Shown one piece after another: positions 31,311-39,387 of a DNA stretch of 64,000 nucleotides. Source of the stretch: Actinomycetales bacterium (GTDB lineage: Bacteria; Actinomycetota; Actinomycetes; Actinomycetales; CAVURS01); the NCBI GenBank assembly GCA_045807245.1, contig JBJMHS010000045.1, positions 1 to 64,000 on the forward strand, written 5' to 3'. The notes below the pieces were generated by a model. It was not told where the DNA came from. It worked only from the letters and a program-made list of their open reading frames with translations, and did not search any database. Each line of letters begins with the position of its first letter. Position 1 is the stretch's first letter. A program made the translations under genes and the position numbers.

Positions 31311-32555
31311 CTATCCGGGTACGACGATCCCTTCACGCAGCAGCCGTACGACGAGCGCGTGCGCGTCCTCGGGCCTCAGCCCGGGCAGGTCCCGTACGGC
31401 GTGCGGTCGCCCGTCCAACAACGCTTCCACGGCGCTCCGGGCTGTCGCGGGAACCGTGACGGTGCGGGTCGTCGTCGCCAGCTGCAGGTGGCCGTCGGGC
31501 CGGTCCGTGAGCCGGGGATGCGAGTGCGCGCGGAGGCGGACCGAGTCGTCGGGGCCGAGCCGGTCAGCGGCCGTCGACTGGGCCAGGGGGCCGATCGGCT
31601 CGGGCCGGGTCGTCGTGAGCAGCCGCCGTCGAACCGCTGCCGCCGCGTCGGCTGCCGTGAACGCCCCGAGCCGCTCGGTCACGGCTTTCACCGTGGCGTC
31701 CAGGTCCGCCTGCAGCGTCCCGGCGTGCTCCGGGTCGACGCCGATCGGGAGGGAGGCCCGCAGCTCCGGCGCGTCGGCAGCAGCGGCCACGAGGGCCTGC
31801 AGTACGTCGTACCTCGTGGTGGCATGCATGCCGACGGTGAGATGGATGGTCGTCTCGCCGAGGGCCTGCGCCGAGTGGAGCCACCCGCGCGGCAGGTAGA
31901 GCGCGTCGCCCGGAGACAGGACGGCCTCAATCGTCGGCGACGACTTCGCTTGTGCTGCAACGGCTTCCCGATGGTCGGTCCATGGCTGGTCGGCCAGAGG
32001 GTGCTCGTGGACCGGTGGGTGGATGGTCCAGCGCTTCTCACCGGCGATCTGCAGGACCAGGACGTCGTGGACGTCGTAGTGCGGGTCGAAACCGCGGCTG
32101 GAGGCCGGCGTGACGTACGCGTTGACCTGGACCGGGTGCCCGAGGTCCGTGCTGAGCTGCTGCGCGAAGTCGACCAGCGGCGGCCAGGTGCGATGCAGGC
32201 CTTGCAGGACCAGCGTCGCGCCTGCGGCGAACTCGGCCAGGACCTTGTCGTCGGCGACCTGGTCGGACACGCCGGCGCCGAGCCCTCCCGACCGGGTGAA
32301 CCGGCCCGAGCCGAGAACCGACCCCTCAGAGGCCAGGCGCAGGAACGGCGTCCGCAGCCCCCGCCGACCGATGAGCTCGTCGACCGCATCCGCGGAGAAC
32401 AGGTCGCCGAAGTCGGCCGGCAGGCTGGCGGCGGGCGACAGGAGCGGCCGGACCGACCAGTACGTCGCGGCGAACTCCTCGGGGGGCACCGACAGGCAGC
32501 GCGCCAGGGCGGGGCGGCCGCCGGCCACCCCGCCCTGCATCGTGCTGTCGGTCAT
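31311..32555 (-). CDS. JmjC/Cupin_4 2OG-Fe(II) oxygenase (ROX/YcfD/NO66-like)
   Basis: NAYVTP..GFDPHYDVHDVLVLQIAGEKRW (HxD), PGDALYLPRGWLH (distal His), HLTVG; winged-helix-like C-terminus LVVRLLREGIV. Confidence 0.9.
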   Translation of the reverse strand: MTDSTMQGGVAGGRPALARCLSVPPEEFAATYWSVRPLLSPAASLPADFGDLFSADAVDELIGRRGLRTPFLRLASEGSVLGSGRFTRSGGLGAGVSDQVADDKVLAEFAAGATLVLQGLHRTWPPLVDFAQQLSTDLGHPVQVNAYVTPASSRGFDPHYDVHDVLVLQIAGEKRWTIHPPVHEHPLADQPWTDHREAVAAQAKSSPTIEAVLSPGDALYLPRGWLHSAQALGETTIHLTVGMHATTRYDVLQALVAAAADAPELRASLPIGVDPEHAGTLQADLDATVKAVTERLGAFTAADAAAAVRRRLLTTTRPEPIGPLAQSTAADRLGPDDSVRLRAHSHPRLTDRPDGHLQLATTTRTVTVPATARSAVEALLDGRPHAVRDLPGLRPEDAHALVVRLLREGIVVPG

Positions 32556-32576
32556 GCGGTTCGCTGACGCGCCCGC

Positions 32577-32828
32577 TCAGGCCGAACCGTCGGCTCCGCC
32601 GTCATGCCCGCCGGGGTTCGCGCCGCCGTCGGCCGGGCCCTCGGCGCCCCCGTCAGCGCCGCCGTCCGCACCGCCGTCGGCGCCGCCGTCCGCGCCACCG
32701 TCGGCACCGCCATCCGCGCCGCCGTCGGCGCCGCCGTCCGCGCCACCGTCGGCTCCGCCGTCATGCCCTGCCGGGTTGGCGCCGCCGTCGGCCGGTCCCT
32801 CGTTCGGGTCAGTGTCATCGAGCGACAT
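32577..32828 (-). CDS. 83-aa Asp/Gly/Ala repeat peptide, putative precursor or substrate of the adjacent JmjC enzyme
   Basis: MSLDDTDPNEGPADGGANPAGH(DGGA)10EGPADGGANPGGHDGGADGSA; AAGGAGG RBS; TAGGGT -10 at 32872-32877; codon variation between repeats is synonymous. Confidence 0.8.
   Translation of the reverse strand: MSLDDTDPNEGPADGGANPAGHDGGADGGADGGADGGADGGADGGADGGADGGADGGADGGAEGPADGGANPGGHDGGADGSA
32644..32763. repeat. 12-bp tandem repeat, 10 copies, encoding DGGA on the minus strand
   Basis: Units such as GAC GGC GGC GCC / GAC GGT GGC GCG / GAT GGC GGT GCC; boundaries approximate. Confidence 0.85.
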
Positions 32829-32886
32829 GGCGCCCTCCTTCGTCGTCACGGGGAAGTGCTCGGATGTGCTGACCCTACGAGGGGGC

Positions 32887-33723
32887 TCAACCCACCGCAT
32901 CAGCGAGGTGACCCAAGGCTTCCGAGCACCCGGCGTCGACGTGGACCGTGGCCAGCTCGTCACCCCGGGTCGTGCCCCGGTTGACGATGACGACCGGGAG
33001 GCCCCGTCGGTGGGCGGCCCGGACGAACCGGAGCCCGGACATCACTGTCAACGACGAACCGGCGACCAGCAACCCCTGGGCCTGGTCGACGAGCGCGTAG
33101 CAGAGCTCCACCCGCTCGCGCGGGACGTTCTCGCCGAAGAACACGACGTCCGGCTTCAGGACCCCGCCGCAGGCCTCGCAGCCGACGATCTCGAAGTCAT
33201 CGATGCCGTCGACGACCGCGTCGCCGTCGGGAGCGACGTCCGGTGAAAACCCCTGTCCGAAGCCGGCGTTCGCCGCACTGAGTCGTTCGTGCAGGCGCTC
33301 GCGCGTGGACCGCGCTCCGCAGTCCAGGCACATCACCAGGCTGATCCGGCCGTGCAGGTCGACGACGCCCCGATGCCCCCCGGCCTGGTGGAGGCCGTCG
33401 ACGTTCTGCGTGATCAGCGCGGTCACCGCCCCGCAGCGCTCCATCGCCGCCAGTGCGCGGTGACCGTCGTTCGGTTCGGCCCGGTGGAGGTGCTGCCAGC
33501 CCACGTGGCTGCGCGCCCAGTACCGCTGCCGCGCAGCCGCACCCGACCGGAACTCGGCGTACGTCATGGGCGTGCGCTGGACCGACGTCGGGCCTCGGTA
33601 GTCCGGGATGCCCGAGTCGGTCGAGACCCCCGCTCCAGTCAGCGCGAGCAACCGACGGCCGCGGAGCAGGTCGACCGCGACGTCCAGCCCGGGCTGGGCG
33701 GGCAGGACGGCCGGGCTGATCAC
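32887..33723 (-). CDS. cobB: NAD-dependent protein deacylase, sirtuin (SIRT4-like class II)
   Basis: GAGVSTDSGIPDYRG, RYWARS, TQNVDGLH, LHG..CxxC, APDGDA, CxxC..LKPDVVFFGENVP, GSSL. Confidence 0.92.
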   Translation of the reverse strand: MISPAVLPAQPGLDVAVDLLRGRRLLALTGAGVSTDSGIPDYRGPTSVQRTPMTYAEFRSGAAARQRYWARSHVGWQHLHRAEPNDGHRALAAMERCGAVTALITQNVDGLHQAGGHRGVVDLHGRISLVMCLDCGARSTRERLHERLSAANAGFGQGFSPDVAPDGDAVVDGIDDFEIVGCEACGGVLKPDVVFFGENVPRERVELCYALVDQAQGLLVAGSSLTVMSGLRFVRAAHRRGLPVVIVNRGTTRGDELATVHVDAGCSEALGHLADAVG

Positions 33724-33792
33724 GCGTCCAGGCTACGTCTCAGCGGTACACGTCGCGCCTGTCTCGTGAGTCGTCGTTGCGAGGTCAACGAG

Positions 33793-34557
33793 TTAGTGCA
33801 TCGTGATGCCACCGTCGACGGGGAGCGTGACCCCGGTGATGTACGACGACGCCGGGCTGGCCAGGAAGACCAGCGCGGCGTCGAGCTCGACCTGCTCGCC
33901 CATCCGGGCCAGGGGCGCGTGGGCCGTGAGGTACTGCGCGACCATCTCGTCCGGGATCTGGTCGGTCATCTCGCTCGCGAAGTAGCCCGGCGCGAGCGCG
34001 TTGACCCGGATGCCCTTGCGGCCGGACCACTGCTGCGCGAGGTCGCGGGTCAGCCCGATCAGCCCGGCCTTGCTCGCCGCGTAGGCGGCCTGCGGCGCCC
34101 AGGACTTCACCAGGCCGAGCACGCTGGCGATATTGACGATGCTCGAGCCGGGCTCCATCACCCGAGCGCAGGCCTGGGCCATCCAGAAGGCGCCGAGCAG
34201 GTTCACCTCGACGACGTCTCGGAAGTCCTCGGGCCGCTCGCGCAGCGCCGGCACCGCCGTGCCCACGCCCGCGTTGTTGACCAGCACGTCCAGGCGCCCG
34301 AGCTGGTCGAGCGCGGCCTCGGCCAGCGCCGCGCAGTGCTCCGGGCGGCGCACGTCGGTCGGCACCGAGACCACGCGCCGCCCGCTGGCCTCGACGTCGG
34401 CGGCCACGGCCGCGAGACGGTCGGTACGCCGCGCGCCGAGGACGACGTCGGCGCCGGCCTCCGCGAGCGCCCGGGCGAACCCCGCGCCGAGACCGGAGCT
34501 GGCGCCGGTCACGACCGCCACCCGACCGTCCAGCCGAAACCGCTCCAGCACACTCAT
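33793..34557 (-). CDS. Short-chain dehydrogenase/reductase
   Basis: TGASSGLG, NNAG, YAASK, RVNALAPG, VDGG. Confidence 0.92.
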   Translation of the reverse strand: MSVLERFRLDGRVAVVTGASSGLGAGFARALAEAGADVVLGARRTDRLAAVAADVEASGRRVVSVPTDVRRPEHCAALAEAALDQLGRLDVLVNNAGVGTAVPALRERPEDFRDVVEVNLLGAFWMAQACARVMEPGSSIVNIASVLGLVKSWAPQAAYAASKAGLIGLTRDLAQQWSGRKGIRVNALAPGYFASEMTDQIPDEMVAQYLTAHAPLARMGEQVELDAALVFLASPASSYITGVTLPVDGGITMH

Positions 34558-34605
34558 GACCGAATCCTGGCGCACCACTGCGCACCTCGCCCCTACCGTG
34601 GACCG

Positions 34606-35136
34606 ATGAGCGACCGGCTGACCCTCCGCGACCCGACGGCGCAGGAGTACGCGTCGTACCGGACTCTTGTCCGGGACGCCTATCGGGACGACCTCGTCAC
34701 CAACGGCGGCCACGACGCCGAGGAAGCCGCGGAGAAGGCGGCCCGCGACACCCGTGACCTGCTCCCGGAGGACGGCGCCCCCGCCGACCAGGTCGTCAAG
34801 ATCGCGGACCTCGACGGCAAGCTGGCCGGCTATCTGTGGGTGGGCCGCGGTCAGATCGGCGACATCGCCTGGGTGCAGGACGTCGTCGTCGAGCCGGAAC
34901 TGCGCGGGCAGGGCTTCGGACGGGAGCTGATGGCAGCCGCCGAGGGCATCGCCGCGGAGCTCGGTTACCGGCGGATCGGTCTCAACGTCATGGGCGGCAA
35001 CGTCGGCGCCATCCGGCTGTACGAGTCGCTCGGCTACACCGTGATGCACCAGCAGATGTCCAAGGACCTGGCCCCGGCTCCCACACCCGAGCAGTCGGCT
35101 CCCGCACCGGAGCAGTCAGCGCGGCCTGAGGGTTGA
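34606..35136 (+). CDS. GNAT N-acetyltransferase
   Basis: RGQGFG acetyl-CoA motif, NVGAIRLYESLGY; TACCGT 6 nt upstream. Confidence 0.88.
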   Translation: MSDRLTLRDPTAQEYASYRTLVRDAYRDDLVTNGGHDAEEAAEKAARDTRDLLPEDGAPADQVVKIADLDGKLAGYLWVGRGQIGDIAWVQDVVVEPELRGQGFGRELMAAAEGIAAELGYRRIGLNVMGGNVGAIRLYESLGYTVMHQQMSKDLAPAPTPEQSAPAPEQSARPEG

Positions 35137-35312
35137 CCCTCACGCGTGCCGACCCAGGCTCGTCTGATCGCACAAGGAGTCCGACTCCGCCCCTGCGGAA
35201 TATTGGTGGTTCTGCGGATGGGCGAGCAGGTGGCTGCGGAGCAATTCTTTCGCATGTCCCCGAGCGCGCCCCGGCGTTCGGGGACAGCCCTTTTCCAGAC
35301 GAGGAGCGTCAG

Positions 35313-36146
35313 GTGGTCCTGCCCGACGGGTTCGGTCTCGCCCGGCTGAACGCGGCCCCTGCCGACGAGGCCGAGCAGGTGCTCCTGGCCTGCTGCTCGT
35401 CACCGCGATGGGCGGCAGCCATGGTCGGCGGGCGACCGTACGCCGACGACGAGGCAGTGCTGGCCGCGGCCGACACCGCCCTGGCCGCCCTGAGCGAGGC
35501 GGACATCGACGACGCGCTCAAGGGCCACGCGCGCATCGGTGAGCGGGCCCAGGGCGAGCGCGGTGCGTGGTCGCGCGGGGAGCAGGCCGGCATGCACGGT
35601 GCCGGCTCGGACCTGCAGGACGCGCTGGCCAAGGGCAACGCGGCGTACGAGGAGCGGTTCGGCCGGGTCTACCTGGTCGCCGCCGCAGGCCTGAGCGCCC
35701 AGCAGCTGCTGGACCGGCTGGAGTCCCGGCTGGGCAACGACCCCGACAGCGAGCGCGCCGTCGTCCGGACCGAGCTCGGCAAGATCAACCGGATGCGCCT
35801 GCGCCGAGTCCTCAACACGACACCGAACCTGACGACACATGTTCTGGACGCCGGGAGCGGGCGGCCGGCCGTGGGGGTCGCCGTACGCCTGGAGGACCTC
35901 GACGGCCACGAGTTGGGCACCGGCTCCACCGACGACGACGGCCGGATCAAGCGGTTCGTCGACGGACCGCTCGCGCCGGGCAGCTATCGGCTCGTGTTCG
36001 ACACCTCGGCGTACCACGCGTCGGTCGGGACCACTGGCTTCTACCCCGAGGTCGCGATCGCGTTCACCGTCACGGACTCCCAGCAGCACCACCATGTCCC
36101 GCTGCTGCTCGCACCGTTCGCCTACTCCACCTATCGCGGGAGCTGA
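35313..36146 (+). CDS. Fused OHCU decarboxylase (UraD) + 5-hydroxyisourate hydrolase (UraH)
   Basis: N-half HARIG, SRGEQ, NAAYEERFG, ELGKINRMRL; C-half TTHVLD, TDDDGR, FYPEV, HHHVPLLL, STYRGS; one frame; GAGGAG RBS before GTG 35313. Confidence 0.88.
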   Translation: MVLPDGFGLARLNAAPADEAEQVLLACCSSPRWAAAMVGGRPYADDEAVLAAADTALAALSEADIDDALKGHARIGERAQGERGAWSRGEQAGMHGAGSDLQDALAKGNAAYEERFGRVYLVAAAGLSAQQLLDRLESRLGNDPDSERAVVRTELGKINRMRLRRVLNTTPNLTTHVLDAGSGRPAVGVAVRLEDLDGHELGTGSTDDDGRIKRFVDGPLAPGSYRLVFDTSAYHASVGTTGFYPEVAIAFTVTDSQQHHHVPLLLAPFAYSTYRGS

Positions 36147-36148
36147 CC

Positions 36149-37045
36149 ATGGCCATCGTCCTCGGACCCAACCAGTACGGGAAGGCGGAGAACCGCGTCG
36201 TGCGGATCTACCGCGACACGCCCCGCCATGAGATCCGCGACGTCAACGTCTCCACGTCGCTGCGCGGTGACTTCACGGACGCGCACCTGGCGGGCGACCA
36301 GAAGGACGTCCTGCCGACGGACACCCAGAAGCAGACGTGCTACGCGTACGCCAAGGAGAAGGGCATCGCCGAGATCGAGACGTACGGGCTCGACCTCGCA
36401 CGCCACTTCGTCGACGACATCCAGCCGGTCACCGGCGCGCGGGTCCAGGTCGAGGAGTACGGGTGGGACCGGGTCAACGACCACAACCACACCTGGGTCC
36501 GCAACGGTCAGGAGGTCCGACAGACGGTGGTCACCGTCGACGGCAAGGGCCGGGACCAGCGGACCTGGGTGGTGTCGGGACTCAAGAACCTCGTCCTGCT
36601 GAAGTCCACCGGCTCGCAGTTCTGGGGCTACCACGAGGACGCGTACACGGTGCTCAAGCCGACGACCGACCGGGTCATGTCGACCTCGCTGGTGGCCTGG
36701 TGGCGGTACAACACCGTCGACGTCGACTTCGGCAAGGTGTACGACGACGTCAAGCGCGTGATGCTGCAGGCGTACGCCGATGTCGAGTCGCTGGCGTTGC
36801 AGCAGACGCTCTTCGAGATGGGCCGGGCCGCGCTGGAGGCTCATTCGGAGATCGCCGAGGTCAAGCTATCGGCGCCCAACATCCACCACTTCGTCTACGA
36901 CCTGTCCCCGTTCGGCCTGGAGAACGACAACGAGGTCTTCCACGCCGACGACCGGCCGTACGGGTTGATCCAGGCGACGATCCAGCGCGACGACGACCCG
37001 ACCGACCCAGGCCTGGCCTGGTACACGGTCCCTGCGTTCGCATGA
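36149..37045 (+). CDS. pucL: Urate oxidase (uricase)
   Basis: NQYGKAE, VLPTDTQK, LVLLKSTGSQF, SLALQQTL, PNIHH, DRPYGLI. Confidence 0.93.
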   Translation: MAIVLGPNQYGKAENRVVRIYRDTPRHEIRDVNVSTSLRGDFTDAHLAGDQKDVLPTDTQKQTCYAYAKEKGIAEIETYGLDLARHFVDDIQPVTGARVQVEEYGWDRVNDHNHTWVRNGQEVRQTVVTVDGKGRDQRTWVVSGLKNLVLLKSTGSQFWGYHEDAYTVLKPTTDRVMSTSLVAWWRYNTVDVDFGKVYDDVKRVMLQAYADVESLALQQTLFEMGRAALEAHSEIAEVKLSAPNIHHFVYDLSPFGLENDNEVFHADDRPYGLIQATIQRDDDPTDPGLAWYTVPAFA

Positions 37046-37566
37046 CGGCCACCGGCAGCGACGAAGCACCGGCCGTGGTGGACGGAGTGGACGGGGCCGG
37101 CACGGACGCGGAGTGGCTCGGCCAGGCCGTCGCCCTCGCGGCGCGCAACGTCGCGGAGGGGGGCGGCCCGTTCGGCGCCCTGGTCGTCATCGACGACCAC
37201 CTGGTCAGCACGGGGGTCAACCGGGTCACGCGCGACATGGACCCGACGGCGCACGCCGAGGTGACCGCGATCCGCGCGGCCTGCCGGTTCCGCGGTGAGT
37301 TCCACATTCCCAAGGCCGTGCTCTACACCTCCTGCGAGCCCTGCCCGCTGTGCATGGCGTCGGCCTTGTGGGCGCGGGTGTCCCGCGTCGTGTACGCCGC
37401 CGACCGCGAGGACGCCGCGCGCGGCGGCTTCGACGACCGCGAGTTCTACGAGCTGTTTGCTCGCGACCGGTCCACCTGGACGACCAAGGTCGAGGAGATC
37501 CGGCTCGACGACGCTGCGGCACCCTTCGAGGCCTGGCTCAGCAAGGTGGACCGCATCGCCTACTAA
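37042..37566 (+). CDS. CDA-fold nucleobase deaminase (guanine deaminase-like)
   Basis: GGPFGA, DPTAHAEV, SCEPCPLC, GFDDREFY, C-terminal Tyr. Confidence 0.85.
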   Translation: MTATGSDEAPAVVDGVDGAGTDAEWLGQAVALAARNVAEGGGPFGALVVIDDHLVSTGVNRVTRDMDPTAHAEVTAIRAACRFRGEFHIPKAVLYTSCEPCPLCMASALWARVSRVVYAADREDAARGGFDDREFYELFARDRSTWTTKVEEIRLDDAAAPFEAWLSKVDRIAY

Positions 37567-37709
37567 CAGAAGAAGGCAGCCGGGCTTCCGGTTGGGGTGG
37601 CTCAGGCTCGCGATCTGCCTTAGGTGAAGGCTGAGCGTCGCCGGTGACGCTGTGGGTGCACCTAAGTGCGACCGGCGCGCACCGCCTTCCTCCCCAGCGT
37701 CTTTCCTCG

Positions 37710-39263
37710 TCAGAGGGAGCGCAGGGCCAGGAACACGTCGACGCGGTCCTCGAGCTTGGACAGGTCGCGGCCGGTCAGCTCCTCGACGCGGCCGATGCGG
37801 TACCGCACGGTGTTGACGTGCAGGTGCATCGCCTCGGCGGTCCTGGACCACGAGCCGGAGTTGTCGAGGAAGGCGTAGAGCGTCTCGCGCAGGCCGGCCT
37901 CGGTCCGCTCGTCGTACTCCAGCACCGGCCCGACCACCCGCGCGGCGAACGCGCGGCGCAGCTCGTCCGGCACCATGGCGAGCAACGCGCCGTACGACGT
38001 GACCTCCTGGCTCGCGACCAGGCTCACCTCGCCGCTACGGCTCTCGGCGAGGACGCTCGCGTGCTTGGCCTCCTCGAGACCACCGGACAGCGCCTCCCAC
38101 GTGGCTGGGGCGCCGACGCCGACGACGAACCGCGAACGGCCGAGTCCCGGTGCCAGCCGGGCCAACCCGGTGCGCAGCGTCGGCAAGGGGTCGGGATGAT
38201 CGGCGCCGGCGGGCAACAGCGCCACCGCGCGTCCGTCTCGCGTGACGCCCACGACCGGTGCACCGACCTGCGCGGCGAGGTCCTCGAGCAGCGAGCGGGC
38301 GACCTCGACCTGGTCCGGCCGCCCGGCCACGGCGGCCACCGCGACGACGATCTCGCCGGATGTGTCGACCCCGGCCTGCTGCAACCGGACGAGCGTCTCC
38401 GGGCGCACCGCCTTGTCCGACTCCAGCAAGGCCAGCGCGTCGTCGGCGATGCCGCGCACGATGCGCTGCCCGTCCTCGCGCCGGGCCCGGTGCAGCGCCA
38501 CGATCGAGGCCAGCTCACCGACGGCGTCGGCGAGAGCCGGGTCCCACTGCGACCACGTGCCGTCCACCACGACGAACCAGGTCGACGGGCGATGTGCGAG
38601 CGACGGGCCGGCGGGAAACACGCTGTACGGCGTGTGGCCGCGTCCGGCCGCGACCGCCGGGAGACGCTCGGCCGTCATGAACGTCCGGGTCACCCGGGCC
38701 AAGTCCTCGTCGGACAGGAGTGCGTCTCCGGTCACGACGTGCCGGCCGGTCGGCGTCACCACCCGGCAGACCAGGCCGGTCTCCTGGCCGAGCTGCTTGG
38801 CCAGCTCGGGCAGGTCCTGGCCGTCCGCGAACGCCCCGAGCAGCCGCCGCTGCCGGCCCAACGTGGCCCGCAGCTGCGCCTCACGGCTGACCGTGACAGC
38901 GGCCACCACCTGCTCGGTGATCCGTGCGAACGCGACCTCGGCGGCGACCCAGAGCAGCGGGATGTCATGGCGGCGGCAGGCCTCCAGCAGGTCCGGCGGC
39001 GCGGTCGCGCTCTCCCCGGCCGTGCCGGCCGCGAGGGCGGCCGCACCGGCGGTCGTGACATGCGTGACGAACCGCTCGCTGTCCTCGGCGTCCCGGCGCC
39101 ACATCAGGCCACTGATGACCAGCTCGCCGCCGGAGAGGTACCGGCTGGGGTCGAGCAGGTCCGTCGTACACACCCAGCGCAGCGCCCGGTCCAGGTGCTC
39201 CTCGGTCCCGTAGAGGAGCTCCAGACCGAGATCGGACATGTCGAGCAGGTCACGCAGCCGCAT
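37710..39263 (-). CDS. PucR-family transcriptional regulator
   Basis: N-terminal TDLLDPSRYLSGGEL; C-terminal HTH TAEAMHLHVNTVRYRIGRVEELTG. Confidence 0.9.
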   Translation of the reverse strand: MRLRDLLDMSDLGLELLYGTEEHLDRALRWVCTTDLLDPSRYLSGGELVISGLMWRRDAEDSERFVTHVTTAGAAALAAGTAGESATAPPDLLEACRRHDIPLLWVAAEVAFARITEQVVAAVTVSREAQLRATLGRQRRLLGAFADGQDLPELAKQLGQETGLVCRVVTPTGRHVVTGDALLSDEDLARVTRTFMTAERLPAVAAGRGHTPYSVFPAGPSLAHRPSTWFVVVDGTWSQWDPALADAVGELASIVALHRARREDGQRIVRGIADDALALLESDKAVRPETLVRLQQAGVDTSGEIVVAVAAVAGRPDQVEVARSLLEDLAAQVGAPVVGVTRDGRAVALLPAGADHPDPLPTLRTGLARLAPGLGRSRFVVGVGAPATWEALSGGLEEAKHASVLAESRSGEVSLVASQEVTSYGALLAMVPDELRRAFAARVVGPVLEYDERTEAGLRETLYAFLDNSGSWSRTAEAMHLHVNTVRYRIGRVEELTGRDLSKLEDRVDVFLALRSL

Positions 39264-39387
39264 GAGCGCCGTTTCCTCCGTCCCGACACCGTTGGCGGAA
39301 CCTACAACCTCCTGCCACCCTAGGCGCGATCCGTTCGTACTCGACAGGTCTGGGGCCGGCCGGACCTCAGCCGCTTGACTTGGCGGC

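Noticed and set aside
32577..32828. The 12-bp repeat as a CRISPR array or neutral VNTR
   Set aside because: No spacers or cas genes; variation is synonymous in the DGGA frame, so it is best read as coding.
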